A stretch of 63,434 bases of DNA, the filler included, from Folioceros fuciformis (lineage: Eukaryota): the NCBI GenBank assembly GCA_049999805.1. It is 6 parts of 6 records of this genome, joined end to end, with 100 filler letters (N's around TTAATTAATTAA, not from the genome) between each part and the next. Parts side by side here need not be neighbours in the genome. Positions count along the whole stretch, not along the records: positions 22,695 to 36,964 come from JBNGIO010004564.1; positions 37,065 to 46,440 come from JBNGIO010004565.1; 4 more parts are not named here. One strand, given 5' to 3'. The position numbers and the translations under genes are program-made. The notes beneath the pieces were generated by a model. That model saw nothing but the letters and a program-made list of their open reading frames with translations. It did no database searches and had not been told where the DNA came from. Shown here piece by piece: positions 31,206 through 42,729 of the stretch. The first letter of the stretch is position 1; the number at the start of each line of letters is the position of its first letter.

Positions 31206-34200
31206 TCACGTAAGTGCGCCTGCTTTCGTTACGCGTCTGTGCTGAGGAGTTCTCACTTCTTCTGTCAAAGTCGTCAAGATGGCATAAATATTCCTTCTCT
31301 CACAGTGTTCTCGGTCATGAGCCATGAAAGAATGCACGATATCATCCACTTCAATCCAAGTACGACCCGGTTCCTTGGAAAACCCGAATTTCGCCATGCT
31401 TTTCCTGACCTCAGCTTCCTCTTCCCACCTGCCACTGTCAGCATAGATGCTACACATGAGCACGTGAGCCGCCAGGTTCTGCGGATCCTTTCTCAAAATG
31501 GCCTCGAATGAGCGTCTGCCTAAACCTGCCTCACCATGAGTCCTGCAAGCTCGTAAAACTGACAACCACATCATGGCATCAGCTTCTGGCACGCTGAGCA
31601 TCAAGTTTTCTGCCTCTTGCAGATGCCCGGCACGGCAGAGGAGGTCCACAATGCAGGACTTGTGCTCGATTCCTGGGGTGATCCCGAAATCCTGCAACAT
31701 ACGTTGGAACAAGGCGAAGCCCTCGGCCAGTAGGCCGGCATGGCTGCAGGCCACCAGGACGTTCACAAAGGTGACATCGTTCGGCTTCACACCCTCCTGT
31801 TGCATTTGTTGCACATGTCCAAGAGCTTCATGCGCATGTCCATGCTGAGCACATGCGCCTATCATGGCATTCCAAGACACTACACTCCGCCGGACCAGTT
31901 TCGCAAATACTCTCTGGGCATCGTTGAAACAACCACATTTCGCATACATGTCAAGGAGCGTGCTTCCCACATACACGTCTGTTTCAAATCCCCTCTTGAT
32001 AATCCGGTCATGGATAGCCCGCCCCGCTGCCAAGGCTGCTATGCTGCTGCAGGCTTTCAGGATGCTCACAAACGTGACCTTGTCTGGTTCCACTTCGGCG
32101 TTCAGCATTTCCTGGAACAGATGAAGAGCCTCTTGGCCATGCCCATGTTGGGCATAGCCTCCAATCATGGCAGTCCACGAAACCAGACGCTTTTCCAGCA
32201 AACTGTCGAAAACTTCCTGGGCCACATCCAGCATTCCATATTTGGAGTACATGTCAACAAGAATGCTGCCCACGTTCCCGGATGATTCCAGGCCAGACTG
32301 TCTGATAAGGGTATGGACGTACTCAAGCTTCTCTCTGTTTGCAATGCCACCACATCCCTTGAGGAGATTTACGTACGTGATCTCATTTGGCTGGACAGCA
32401 TAACCAGACATCTGTGCAAAAAGGTCTAAAGCAGTCTTAATCTTCCCACCCTGAGCATATCCCCCAATTATTGTGTTCCACAGTACCACATCTGTTTTAC
32501 ATAACTTGTCAAACACGTTACGAGCCTCGGCCAGGCTTCCACACTTCGCATAAAGGTCAACGAGGCTAGTGCCGATGACAATGTCATTTTCCAGCCCAGC
32601 TCGTATGAGATGTGTGTGGATCTGCCTGCCCTGATCTAAGGCAGCTGTGGCCACACAAGACTTCAAAATGGTGGTGAAGGAGGTCATGCTTGGCTTCATA
32701 CCCTCCTCCTGCATTTGCTTCAAAAGCTGGAAGCCTCGTTCACCGTAACCATGCTCAAAATATCCAGCAAGCAGTGCTGTCCATGAAGATACATCTTTGA
32801 CAGGCATCTGCTCAAATGCATCCAATGCATCCTCTAGGCTGCCACATTTGGTGTACATACACACCAGCGCGTTCCCGACCGCCAAATCCGAAATGTACGT
32901 ACTCGCCCTGAGCTGGGCATGAACTTTCCTGCCCTCTTCAAGTGATGCGATGCTCCCACAGGTCTTCAGCATTATGATGAAAGTTATCTTAGTGGGTTGC
33001 ATACCCTCCTTCTGCATTCTTAGAAATAGTTGGATTGCTTCGTGGGCTTGTCCATGATGGGAATAACCCGCTAGCATCGCAGTCCAGGACACAACATTTT
33101 TGACTGGCAATATGTTGAAGACAGTCTCAGCTTCCTTCATGCTCCCACATTTTGCGTACATGTCAACAAGTGTGCTTCCGAGCACCACATCCAGTTCCAA
33201 TCCGTGCATCTTAAGCTGGGAGTGAATCTGTCTACCCTGCTGTACTGATGCCAAGCTGCCGCATGCCTTAAGCATGCTCACAAACGTGACTTTATTGGGC
33301 TCCACACCTTCCCCTCGCATACCTTCGAAGAGGTCGAGCGCTTCCCGACCATGCCCATGTCGGACATAGCCTGCAATTAAAGCAGTCCACGTCACAACAT
33401 TTCTGACCACCAAGTTGTCAAAAACAGCGTGCGCCTCATCCAAGCTCCCACATTTGGCATACATGTCAATAAGACTGCTTCCCACGATTACATCCAACTC
33501 TGCTCCAGTTTGAATCAACTGGGCATGAAGTTGTCTACCTTGATCCAGGGCTGCTATGCTGCCACAAGCTTTGAAGACACTGGCAAATATCGTATTGTTC
33601 GGGCCGATACCCTCGAATTGCATTCGGCTGAAGAGCTCCAGAGCTTCATGTCCACGCGCTTGCCTGGCATATCCACCTACCATAACTGCCCATGAGGCAG
33701 GAGACCTTTCCAGCAACTTGTCAAACACAAATCTAGCCTCATCAAGTGAGCCGCATTTGACGTACATGCTGACCAGAGTATTGCCAATCTCGACATCTGC
33801 TTCATGACCAGTTGCTCTGACTTGTGCGTGGATGGTGCTGCCCTCCTTCAGGGCTCCTAGGTTCGCACAAGCCTTGAGGACGGTAACATAAACCTGCCCG
33901 CGTACCTGCACGCCAGAGTCCAGCATCTCTTGATACAAACTGATGACCTTTCTGTCTTGTCCATGACTGGCATGAGCAGAAATAACTGCTTCCCAAATTT
34001 GCATATTCGTTTGACACGCTTGCAGGTAAGGATGGCTTTCATCCCCTCGCTTCCCCTGTGGAGCTATTTTTTTGCCAGCCGCCAGATACCTCTCCTTGAC
34101 AGAGCACAGAGAATCAATCACCGAGGGCACAGCTCGCTCATCGGTTAGTGCAACACTGCTGAATTCCCATGGAAATTGACAGCCCGCGGATAGCAGCCTG

Positions 34201-34301
34201 TCAGACAGCCCTCGTGTACGAACCCAAAATTTCCAGGTCTTGGAGCAAGTGCGTTGCAAGCATCTGACGCTGACACGAGGCCAGGAATGACCGCAAACCA
34301 T
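31206..34301 (-). CDS. PLS-class pentatricopeptide repeat protein, E1-E2-E+ (PG box, no catalytic DYW)
   Basis: 1031-aa ORF with more than 20 P-L-S motifs (e.g. VVTWTALIAGY, LVDMYAKCGS), E domains and KEPGRTWIEVDDIVHSF; ends before HxE. True start may involve upstream exons. Confidence 0.93.
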   Translation of the reverse strand: MVCGHSWPRVSVRCLQRTCSKTWKFWVRTRGLSDRLLSAGCQFPWEFSSVALTDERAVPSVIDSLCSVKERYLAAGKKIAPQGKRGDESHPYLQACQTNMQIWEAVISAHASHGQDRKVISLYQEMLDSGVQVRGQVYVTVLKACANLGALKEGSTIHAQVRATGHEADVEIGNTLVSMYVKCGSLDEARFVFDKLLERSPASWAVMVGGYARQARGHEALELFSRMQFEGIGPNNTIFASVFKACGSIAALDQGRQLHAQLIQTGAELDVIVGSSLIDMYAKCGSLDEAHAVFDNLVVRNVVTWTALIAGYVRHGHGREALDLFEGMRGEGVEPNKVTFVSMLKACGSLASVQQGRQIHSQLKMHGLELDVVLGSTLVDMYAKCGSMKEAETVFNILPVKNVVSWTAMLAGYSHHGQAHEAIQLFLRMQKEGMQPTKITFIIMLKTCGSIASLEEGRKVHAQLRASTYISDLAVGNALVCMYTKCGSLEDALDAFEQMPVKDVSSWTALLAGYFEHGYGERGFQLLKQMQEEGMKPSMTSFTTILKSCVATAALDQGRQIHTHLIRAGLENDIVIGTSLVDLYAKCGSLAEARNVFDKLCKTDVVLWNTIIGGYAQGGKIKTALDLFAQMSGYAVQPNEITYVNLLKGCGGIANREKLEYVHTLIRQSGLESSGNVGSILVDMYSKYGMLDVAQEVFDSLLEKRLVSWTAMIGGYAQHGHGQEALHLFQEMLNAEVEPDKVTFVSILKACSSIAALAAGRAIHDRIIKRGFETDVYVGSTLLDMYAKCGCFNDAQRVFAKLVRRSVVSWNAMIGACAQHGHAHEALGHVQQMQQEGVKPNDVTFVNVLVACSHAGLLAEGFALFQRMLQDFGITPGIEHKSCIVDLLCRAGHLQEAENLMLSVPEADAMMWLSVLRACRTHGEAGLGRRSFEAILRKDPQNLAAHVLMCSIYADSGRWEEEAEVRKSMAKFGFSKEPGRTWIEVDDIVHSFMAHDREHCERRNIYAILTTLTEEVRTPQHRRVTKAGALT

Positions 34302-35187
34302 GGATGAGCTCCAATATCAACAATATAAGTGGGGTGCGCCATCTGGTTTACCTGAAGTGAACTTTCGTTTGAGCACCGTGACTAATGGTCAAATGGATGA
34401 CATACATCCGTATCCTTTTCATGGTAGCTGAGGCCACCACCATCAACCCAGCAAATTCAGCCATCCCAGAGCTCCTTTTTTCCACATCGCCTAACAAATG
34501 CTCTGGACGAAACCCAGGGAAAAAGTTTGCAAGCTGCTAAGCTCCCAGCCTCATCTCCCGTAACACCTTGATAGGTTTGTGGCACCGATGCTTGAGCTGC
34601 AGCAACTGGAGCGACCTCCATTGAACAACAGGTCCCAAAGACAGATCGGTAACGAGCCACAGGAAACGGACCGATGCAACGACGACTAGAAAATCATCCA
34701 GATTCCACGCCAGGGGCGACGTTCATCCAACTCGTGCATACCAAGCCCGCGCGCACTCCGCATTGCAGCCGACTGAGATCAATTTCCAAGAAAGCTCCGT
34801 CGTGTACTGGGCAAAGATGAAACCCGTGTGTACGGAAAGTGTGTTACTTATGAGTAACACACGCCATAAGAAGGACTTCGCGTGTGGCCACCTCACCCAC
34901 CACGATACCAGAACAAATCACTTCCTGTTACGTACAGGAAACTGCAAAAACATCCCGATCCCCCAGCGTGGGGGGAAAGCCAAAGGCAGACAACTGGTAG
35001 ACATGTTGGTGACCTGGGAGTCCTGATTTTCGACAATTTTCGAAAGGAAATATCCCATTTCTACGACCAGTCAGGCAGCCAGGTGGGAGCTGTCCACACA
35101 AGGGAAGTACTAATGGCCCTTACAATTCAACACGCCCGCTACCCAGCTACCTCAAAAGTTATTTGAGCAGGAACAGACTGGTGGCCC

Positions 35188-36390
35188 TCATCCTACAAGC
35201 AGCTTGTTCTCCTCTAAAAATGAATAGGGTGGGACTTCAAGATTGTAAGGGGCAGGTCCCTTACGAACACGTCCAGATGTGTCATAGTGGGATCCGTGGC
35301 AGGGACAAAACCATCCATGATAGTCACCGGCGTTGGGCAGAGGCACACATCCAAGGTGCGTGCAGACACCGACCACCACCAACCATTCAGGCTTCTGCAC
35401 TCTCACTTCGTCAGGTTGAGGGTCGCGCAACTCGTTCAAATTGACATTTAAAGCAGCCTTGATGTCCTCTTCAGAGCGTCTTCGGATGAAGACCGGTTTT
35501 CCCCGCCACTTCACTGTGACCGTGGCACCTTGCTCAATGTTGGACAGATCAACCTCCAGAGAAGCCATGGCCAGGACATCCTTACTTGCCGACATGCTCA
35601 GGACCAGCTTCAAAACCAAAAGCCGAAGGGCGGAGGCATAGGCGAATCTCCCTCCGGTGAGAAGAAAGTAAGTGAAAGCCTTCTTGCTCGGGTCCCCTGG
35701 TGCAAACCTTTCATGCACGTGTTCGTCATACGTTATGGCATGAGTCGGGTTCTTCATGGCTACCACAGTTGGAGACAAGCCGTCTAGGTCACCCTTGGCA
35801 GTCAAGGCATCGGATGCAAACCCTGCCATCGAACCAAAACACTGTTACTCTGGGTGCACCAGCGAAACCACGACCCAGACAGCAACGAACACATGCTCCT
35901 TGCCATCCTCAAATACTGCAGCCTCCGCGGCACGGTCAACTCCAAGCTGGAGGGTTCGACAACAGTGAAGCCTTCACACGATCTCCTTCACCTTCCCCTG
36001 ACTTCACCTAGCTAGCACTGGACTCAAGCACACAACCCTCGCAACCTACGACATCGAGATACCATAACTTTGGTCACGACTACGCTACATTGGCTATGAG
36101 GAACGGACGAGATACGTTAGCGGTGCTCCATGCGGCAACAGGGAGGGCGAATCTCTCGACGAAAAGCTGTAACATGCATTCCTGAGAGACATACCTCGAG
36201 AGAATGAGGGATTCCAAGCAGCCAAAATGGCAGCCACGCCATCACTCCGGCCATCCTCGGAAACCCTGTCGTCCCACGATCCAATCCCTAGAGTGGGAAA
36301 CCGCGCTGCGCCCGACGAGGAGAGAGAGGGAGAGCAGGAGCCAGCCAAGCGCGCCAGCGACGGAAGCGAGCGCCCTACCCCCCTCATCAT
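35188..36390 (-). CDS. UCR1: Mitochondrial cytochrome bc1 Rieske iron-sulfur subunit, 276 aa, 2 coding exons
   Basis: Exons 36390-36195 and 35822-35188 join in phase 1. Rieske boxes CTHLGC and [18 protein letters not shown]; Arg/Ser-rich presequence [15 protein letters not shown]. Confidence 0.96.
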
Positions 36391-38236
36391 CCTGGACACA
36401 CCACCTGTGAGCAAGACAGATCACACAGCGTTACAAGAGTCCAGGGGCGCTCAGGTGAGAAATTCGGCAGCAAAAAGATTCGATGGAGGCAGGTACAAGA
36501 GGAGGTGCAAAGCGGGCGTTCAGATTTACCTCAGAAAGAACAAGAGCCTCCCTCCACGGAAAGCAACAAAGGGCTGTGACAATGGAATGCACGAATGCAC
36601 AGGTGCCCACGACCTGCGAAGAACCTGCGTGAAAGACGACGTAGCAGACGTTTGGTAGGGCTGCCTGTTAACCACGGTGCCTGGTTTGGTTTTAATCAAA
36701 ACCTCATTATGCATTTCGGATCGGGATGTATTTTTATTCCAGCCTAAGTTGGAGAACCCCAAACGAGCCCGCATTCCAGATCGATATCTGGAAGCTCGGC
36801 GAGGGCTGCAGAACTGAACTGCCCTTCCCCCCGGTAGTGGAGAATCAATCACATGAAAAAATACGATCATCTGGTTCCTTTTTTCTTTTATTTTCTTTTC
36901 TTTTCTTTTCTTTTCTTTTGTTTGTTAGTAAATAAAAGATCACTTTATTATAATTATTATTGTANNNNNNNNNNNNNNNNNNNNNNNNNNNNNNNNNNNN
37001 NNNNNNNNTTAATTAATTAANNNNNNNNNNNNNNNNNNNNNNNNNNNNNNNNNNNNNNNNNNNNGACAGACAGCGTCAATTGGTATATGGAGTCATACAG
37101 TAGTAGGCAGAAAGGTGGAAAGGACTGAAGTGGAAATTGATGCATCAGCTACTATATTTTGTGGAGAAGATGAATGCGCTGCGTCATGCATTCTTCTAAT
37201 AGAGAACTGCAACAACCACTTACGTAAGGTTGCTGGAGAGCTGTCTCATGGAGGCAAGCTATAAAAGACCAAGAGTTAGGACTCATTTCCCCGTCTAGCG
37301 GGCAGGCAAGCTTGTGTGCGCGCTGCAAGCCCTACCTTGCGGGATGTAGAAAGTTTAACTAAGTGAGCTTATGATTGCATCAAGAGCTCAAGCTCTTACC
37401 TTGAGGGGAGTGGAGAGCTTAGCTAGTGAGCTTATCATTGCATCGAGAGCTACGGAGAGCCTTATCTAGAGAGTTGTGGAGATTTAATATGTCATTATAA
37501 TATAATATAATATAATAATGGGCAGTAGTTAATTTGGTATGTATTGTATTATGGTTGGACTGAAGAACTTCTTTATGTGAATAAAGAGAGGCATGGACAA
37601 TTATGTCTCCATGTCTCTTGTGATAGCATCATCTTAATATCACATTGTGCTACCTAGTTGTTGGTCATCGTCCAAGATGTCTCCTATCTTCTCATGCTAG
37701 AAGTTATTTAAAGAAGAAGATAGTGTCACTAGTACAACGTAATGTGCCTTGTATGCAACATGCATCTCAAGCTTTTTGACTAATGCCTAAGCCCTAAAAG
37801 TCTATCGCATTATAGCAGTACTCACTTTATGTGGCCATTAAAAAGAAATTAAACACTTGTGTTGGCGCATTAAGAGAAGCTAGCAGAAAATATTGCGATG
37901 CACCTTACTTCATTGCTCCTAGCTCTCATGGCTTGCCTCCCTCCCTTCTTGCTACCACTCTAGTTGAGGGGACCTCATTTTGGAAAACACAATCTTAAAA
38001 TTCTATGATTGTGGACAAATTTTGAACATTATTGAAGTGTTGTGTGCTATCGCTTCTAACAAGACTTGTTTGTGTATTGTCCTTTTTGGAACATGACTAG
38101 CTTTTGTGTTTGTCGTTTGTGAAACATGACTAGCTTTTGTGTTTGTCCTTTGTGAAACATGACTAGCTTTTGCTTTTGTCCTTTGTGAAACATGACTTTC
38201 TTATGTGTGATACATCCCTTCTAAAATGACTTGCTT

Positions 38237-38553
38237 GTGTGTTGTCACTTCTAATAGGATCTACTAGTGTGTTGTCAATTCTAATAGGACATACTAGAGT
38301 GTTGTCACTTCTAATAGGACATACTAGAGTGTTGTCACTTCTAATAGGACCCACTAGTGTGTTGTCACTTCTAATNNNNNNNNNNGTGTTGTCACTTCTA
38401 ATAGGACCCACTAGTGTGTTGTCACTTCTAATAGGACCTACTAGTGTGTTGTCACTTCTAATAGGACCTACTGGAGTGTCATCACTTCTAATAGAACCTA
38501 CTAGAGTGTCATCACTTCTAATTGGACCTACTAGAGTGTTGTCACTTCTAATA
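38237..38553. repeat. 30-bp minisatellite (~10 copies)
   Basis: GTGTTGTCACTTCTAATAGGACC(T/C)ACTAGT/A repeated; gives the ORF-track artefact VLSLLIGPTS. Confidence 0.9.
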
Positions 38554-39004
38554 GCACACCTTTTACAGGATTCTTAAAGATGATTAGTATTTTCCAAGCC
38601 CTTAACCATGGACATAATTGTTGTTCCACATGGTTGCAAAGGCAATTACTATTGAGGACTTTTAACCATTAGTTTTGGCCTTGTGCATATACTATAATCC
38701 CAAGCTATTAGACTTGCGATTGTGTGAATGAGTGGTATTTTCCAACACCCACCACCTCACAGGTTGAGGGATTCTCAAGATGACTGTTATTTTCCAACCT
38801 TAAGCTTGGACATACCAGTTACTTCTATGCAATTACAAATACAATTATAGGTTTCCAACCCTTAGTTATTTTCCAACCTTAAGCTTGGACATACTAGTTT
38901 CTTCTATGCAGTTACAAAGACAACTGTAGGTTTTCAACCCTTAGTTTGACCTCGCGCACATACAAGCTCAGATTGTGTGGATGAGTATGAAGAGGTTAGG
39001 GAAG

Positions 39005-39420
39005 TATCAAAATGACCGTTATTTTCCAACCTTGGACATAACGGTTTTCCAGCCCTTTGCACCTAAGCGGTCAGGAGATGCTCTTATAATTGCCATAATT
39101 TCCAACCTTGGACATAATGGTTTTCCAGCCCTTTGCACCTAGGCAGTCAGGAGATTCTCAAAATGGCCACAATTTTCCAAACCTGGACATAACGGTTTTC
39201 CAACCCTCTCGAAGTAAGGGGTCAAGAGATTCTCAAAATGGTCGTTATTTTCCAACCCTGGACATAACGGTTTTCAGCTGTCTTTACCTAACGGGTCAAG
39301 AGATTCTCAAAATGACGGTTATTTTCCAACCCTGGACATAACGATTTTCTAGCCCTCTCGATGTAAGGGGTCAAGAGATTCTCAAAATGACTGTTATTTT
39401 CCAACCCTGGACATAACGGT
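39005..39420. repeat. ~75-bp diverged tandem repeat inside the foldback arm
   Basis: GATTCTCAAAATG..TTATTTTCCAACC(C/T)TGGACATAACGG recurs about 6 times. Confidence 0.8.
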
Positions 39421-40824
39421 ATTTTCACAACTATAGGTTTCCAACCCTTAGTTTGGACCTCCGCGTGTATAAGCTCGAAATTATGTGGATGAGTAGTATT
39501 TTTCAACCCTCTCTACCTAACAACTCAAGCCAGTCAAGGGATTCTCAAAATGCCCATTATTTTCCAATCTTATAGATAAGAGTGCAAAGACAGCCGTAGA
39601 TTTCCAACCCTTAATTTGGACTTCGTACATGTACATGCATGAATTTCCAACCCTTCATACATGTACATGCATGAATTTCCAACCCTTAATTTAGACTTCG
39701 TACATGTACATGCATGAAGGCGCAGAGTTGTGTGGATGGCTAATTTGTTCCAACCCTCTCCACCTAACTACTTTTCACATGGTCGGGAAGATGATCTTGT
39801 TATTGGACCCATAACTTTAGTGTTGGGCACAGACTTGTGCTCACCACCGCATTGTCATGGGATTGTGAGAGTGACTTGTATCTTCTAACCTACTATATGT
39901 AAATATATTTTCATTCCATTCCTAAGTTTCCAGCCAGGACAATAAAGGTCCATCTCTAGTGTAGAATATGAAGATGCCAATCTTTTTCAACCTTGTTCAT
40001 AACATAGGATTTATACACACCAGTTACCTGACTATGATTTCAAGAGTTGGCTCACAGATATACTCAATATATACTACGTATGGTGTAGGCAGAATTTGGT
40101 GTAGCTCTGGCTGTGTGGGTATGTATAACGCAAAGGCCTTCCCAGCAGGACGGTGTGCAGTCGTTGATGGATGGCCCCAGCCCTGGCCGCGGCGAGAAAA
40201 GGAGCTGTTCTCCTCACGCGTGGCGGTTGGTGGCAGGTGGGTGTCTGGGCCTCAATCTCTCTGGGCTGGGCTGCATTTTTCACTTCGAATTTCCCCCATC
40301 TGCCGTGTCGGAAGGGTAAGCCATGAAGGTACCCGGCCTGACAGTTATCAGGAAAAGGAATCCCGTGGATACCCTGTCACCCAATCCCAGCCTTGCATGC
40401 AGGATGCCATCAACGGACAGCATAAGGTGCATTGGCTGGAAAAGACGAAAGGTAACATATCAGTGCTGCCCAATGCCCACCCGCGCAGCCCAGGGTGACG
40501 GAGAAGGCAGTAGGGAGTAGGGCCCCCCCCTCGCTCACCTGCTTTGGCCCGCCATTTTGCATGCCAGCCGTCCGGCAGTGGCCCGAGCAGAGAGTAGCTT
40601 GGGCCCTCAACCCGGTTCGCCCTCGGACCACCTCCCGGAGCGGAGCTCCGGCTCCTACCCTCCGTCGCGGCCCCGCTTTGGTAACAGTCGTCATTTCTCC
40701 TGTTTTCACTAGACAAGGTTCTTGCCTTCCTGCTCTCTTCACCGGACGAGCCGCTCTCTTCACCAGAGGAGACTCCCTGCCTGCCTTCCGTCTTCACCAG
40801 ACGAGCCTCCTTCCTTCCTGCCTC

Positions 40825-41146
40825 CTGCCATCACCACACGAGCTTGCTCCAGCTTCTGCTATTTCCACCACACCACACGAGCTTACTTCAGCCTCCTTTC
40901 TGTCTTCACCACACGCGCTTGCTTCAGCCTCCTGCTGTGTTCACCACACGAGCTTGCTCCAGCTCCTACTCTTTTCACCACTCGAGCTTGCTTCAGCCTC
41001 CTGCTCTTCTCCCAACACAAGCTTCCTTCAACTTCCTCCTGTTTTCACCGCGCGAGCTTCCTTCAGCCTCCTGCTGTTTTCACCATACGAGCTTGCTTCA
41101 GCTTCCTTCTGTCTTCTCCACGCGGGCTTGCTTCAGCCTCCTGCTT
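40825..41146. repeat. Diverged ~35-bp tandem repeat in the foldback spacer
   Basis: TTCACCACACGAGCTTGCTTCAGCCTCCTGCT units. Confidence 0.8.
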
Positions 41147-42099
41147 ATTGAGAAAGACACGCACCTGCCACTAACCGCCACGCGTGAGGAGAATAGCTCC
41201 TTTTCTAGCCGAGGGCCGAGGCTGGGGCCATCGATCAACGACAGCGCACCATCCTGCTAGGGAGGCCTTTGCATTATACATACACACAGCTAGAGCTACA
41301 CCAAATTCTGCCTACACCGTATGTAGTATATATTCAGTATATATGTGAGCCAATACTTGAAATCATAGTCGGGTCACTGGTGTGTATAGATCCCATGTTA
41401 TGAACAAGGATGAGAAAGATTGGCATCTTCACATTCTACACTAGAGATGGACCTTTATGTGCCCAAGCTGGAAACTTGGAATGGAATGAAAATGTATTTA
41501 CATATAGCAGGCTGGAAGAAATGAGTCATTTTCACAATCCCATGACAAGGTGGTGGTGACACAAGTGTGTGCGCACCACTAAAGTTATGGGTCGAATAAC
41601 AAGATCATCTTCCTCACTATGTGAAAAGTAGTTAGGTGGAGAGCGTTGGAACATACCAGCCATCCACTCAACCCCATGTCTATATGCATGTATGTGTACG
41701 AAGTCCAAATTAAGGGTTGGAAATCTAGAGTTGTCTTTGCACTCTTACCTCCAAGGTTGGAAAATAATTGTCATTTTAAGAAGCCCTTGACTGGCCTGAG
41801 TTGTTAGGTGGAGAGGGTTGAAAAATACTACTCATCCACACAATTTGCAGCTTATATGTGCGTGATGTCCAAACTAAGGGTTGGAAACCTACAGTTGTCT
41901 TTGCAACCGTGTAAAAATACCGTTATGTCCAGGGGGAAAATAACAATCATTTTGAGAATCTCTTGCCCCTTAGGTGGAGAGGGATGGAAAACCATTATGT
42001 TGAGGGTTGGAAAATAACAGCCATTGTACATCAGGACAAAACTAAGGGTTGGAAACCTCAAGTTGTCTTTGCAACTACATGGAAAAAACAGGTATGCCC

Positions 42100-42311
42100 T
42101 GTTAAACAAGTAGATATTAGTTGTTAGTACATTGCCTATACTCTTAGGGTTGTACCTTAGGTAGTTAGATAGTTAGGGTTATCGTAGTAGTTACAACTGC
42201 TAGTGTGTGAGGACATATGTATAGTGGACCTTATTCTTAAATACTAACTCTTTTGTGTATATATGCGTGTGGTCTGATCCATGCACAACAATGTTTTCAT
42301 GGTATCAGAGC
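42100..42311 (+). mobile_element. 200-bp LTR (TG...CA) with tRNA-Met PBS
   Basis: TGTTAAAC at 42100 (where arm homology stops), TTTTCA at 42299, perfect TGGTATCAGAGC at 42300-42311. Confidence 0.85.
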
Positions 42312-42729
42312 AAGGCAATTTTCCTGCCTTGCTCATCCTGATGGCTATTTGAAATCTTACATAATTGCCAAAACCATGCTTTTTTCAATTCTTGATTCTT
42401 TAACAAAAAAAGTGGTCTTATGGCAATTGAACAATATGTGCGCGGTTTGATGTGGTGGAGGCGAGATGCCTCGGAAGGGCGTCTGCAGGCAGGTGTGGCC
42501 AGTCTCTGCTAGGAATAGCATGGCTGGGCATCAATCTACTTCTGAATTGGAAAGTTTTGGAGAAGAATTTGAATGACTGTATTTCAAGAAACAAATCTCT
42601 GCCAGTCAACAGGAAGAGCGGGTGCGTTTCTTGAAAGCATTTACTGATTCCTATTATTCAGAACATTCTAGCTCCAATTCACCTGCGCAATTTAGAAATG
42701 TGGACAGATTAGACACCTCCTGCATGTCG

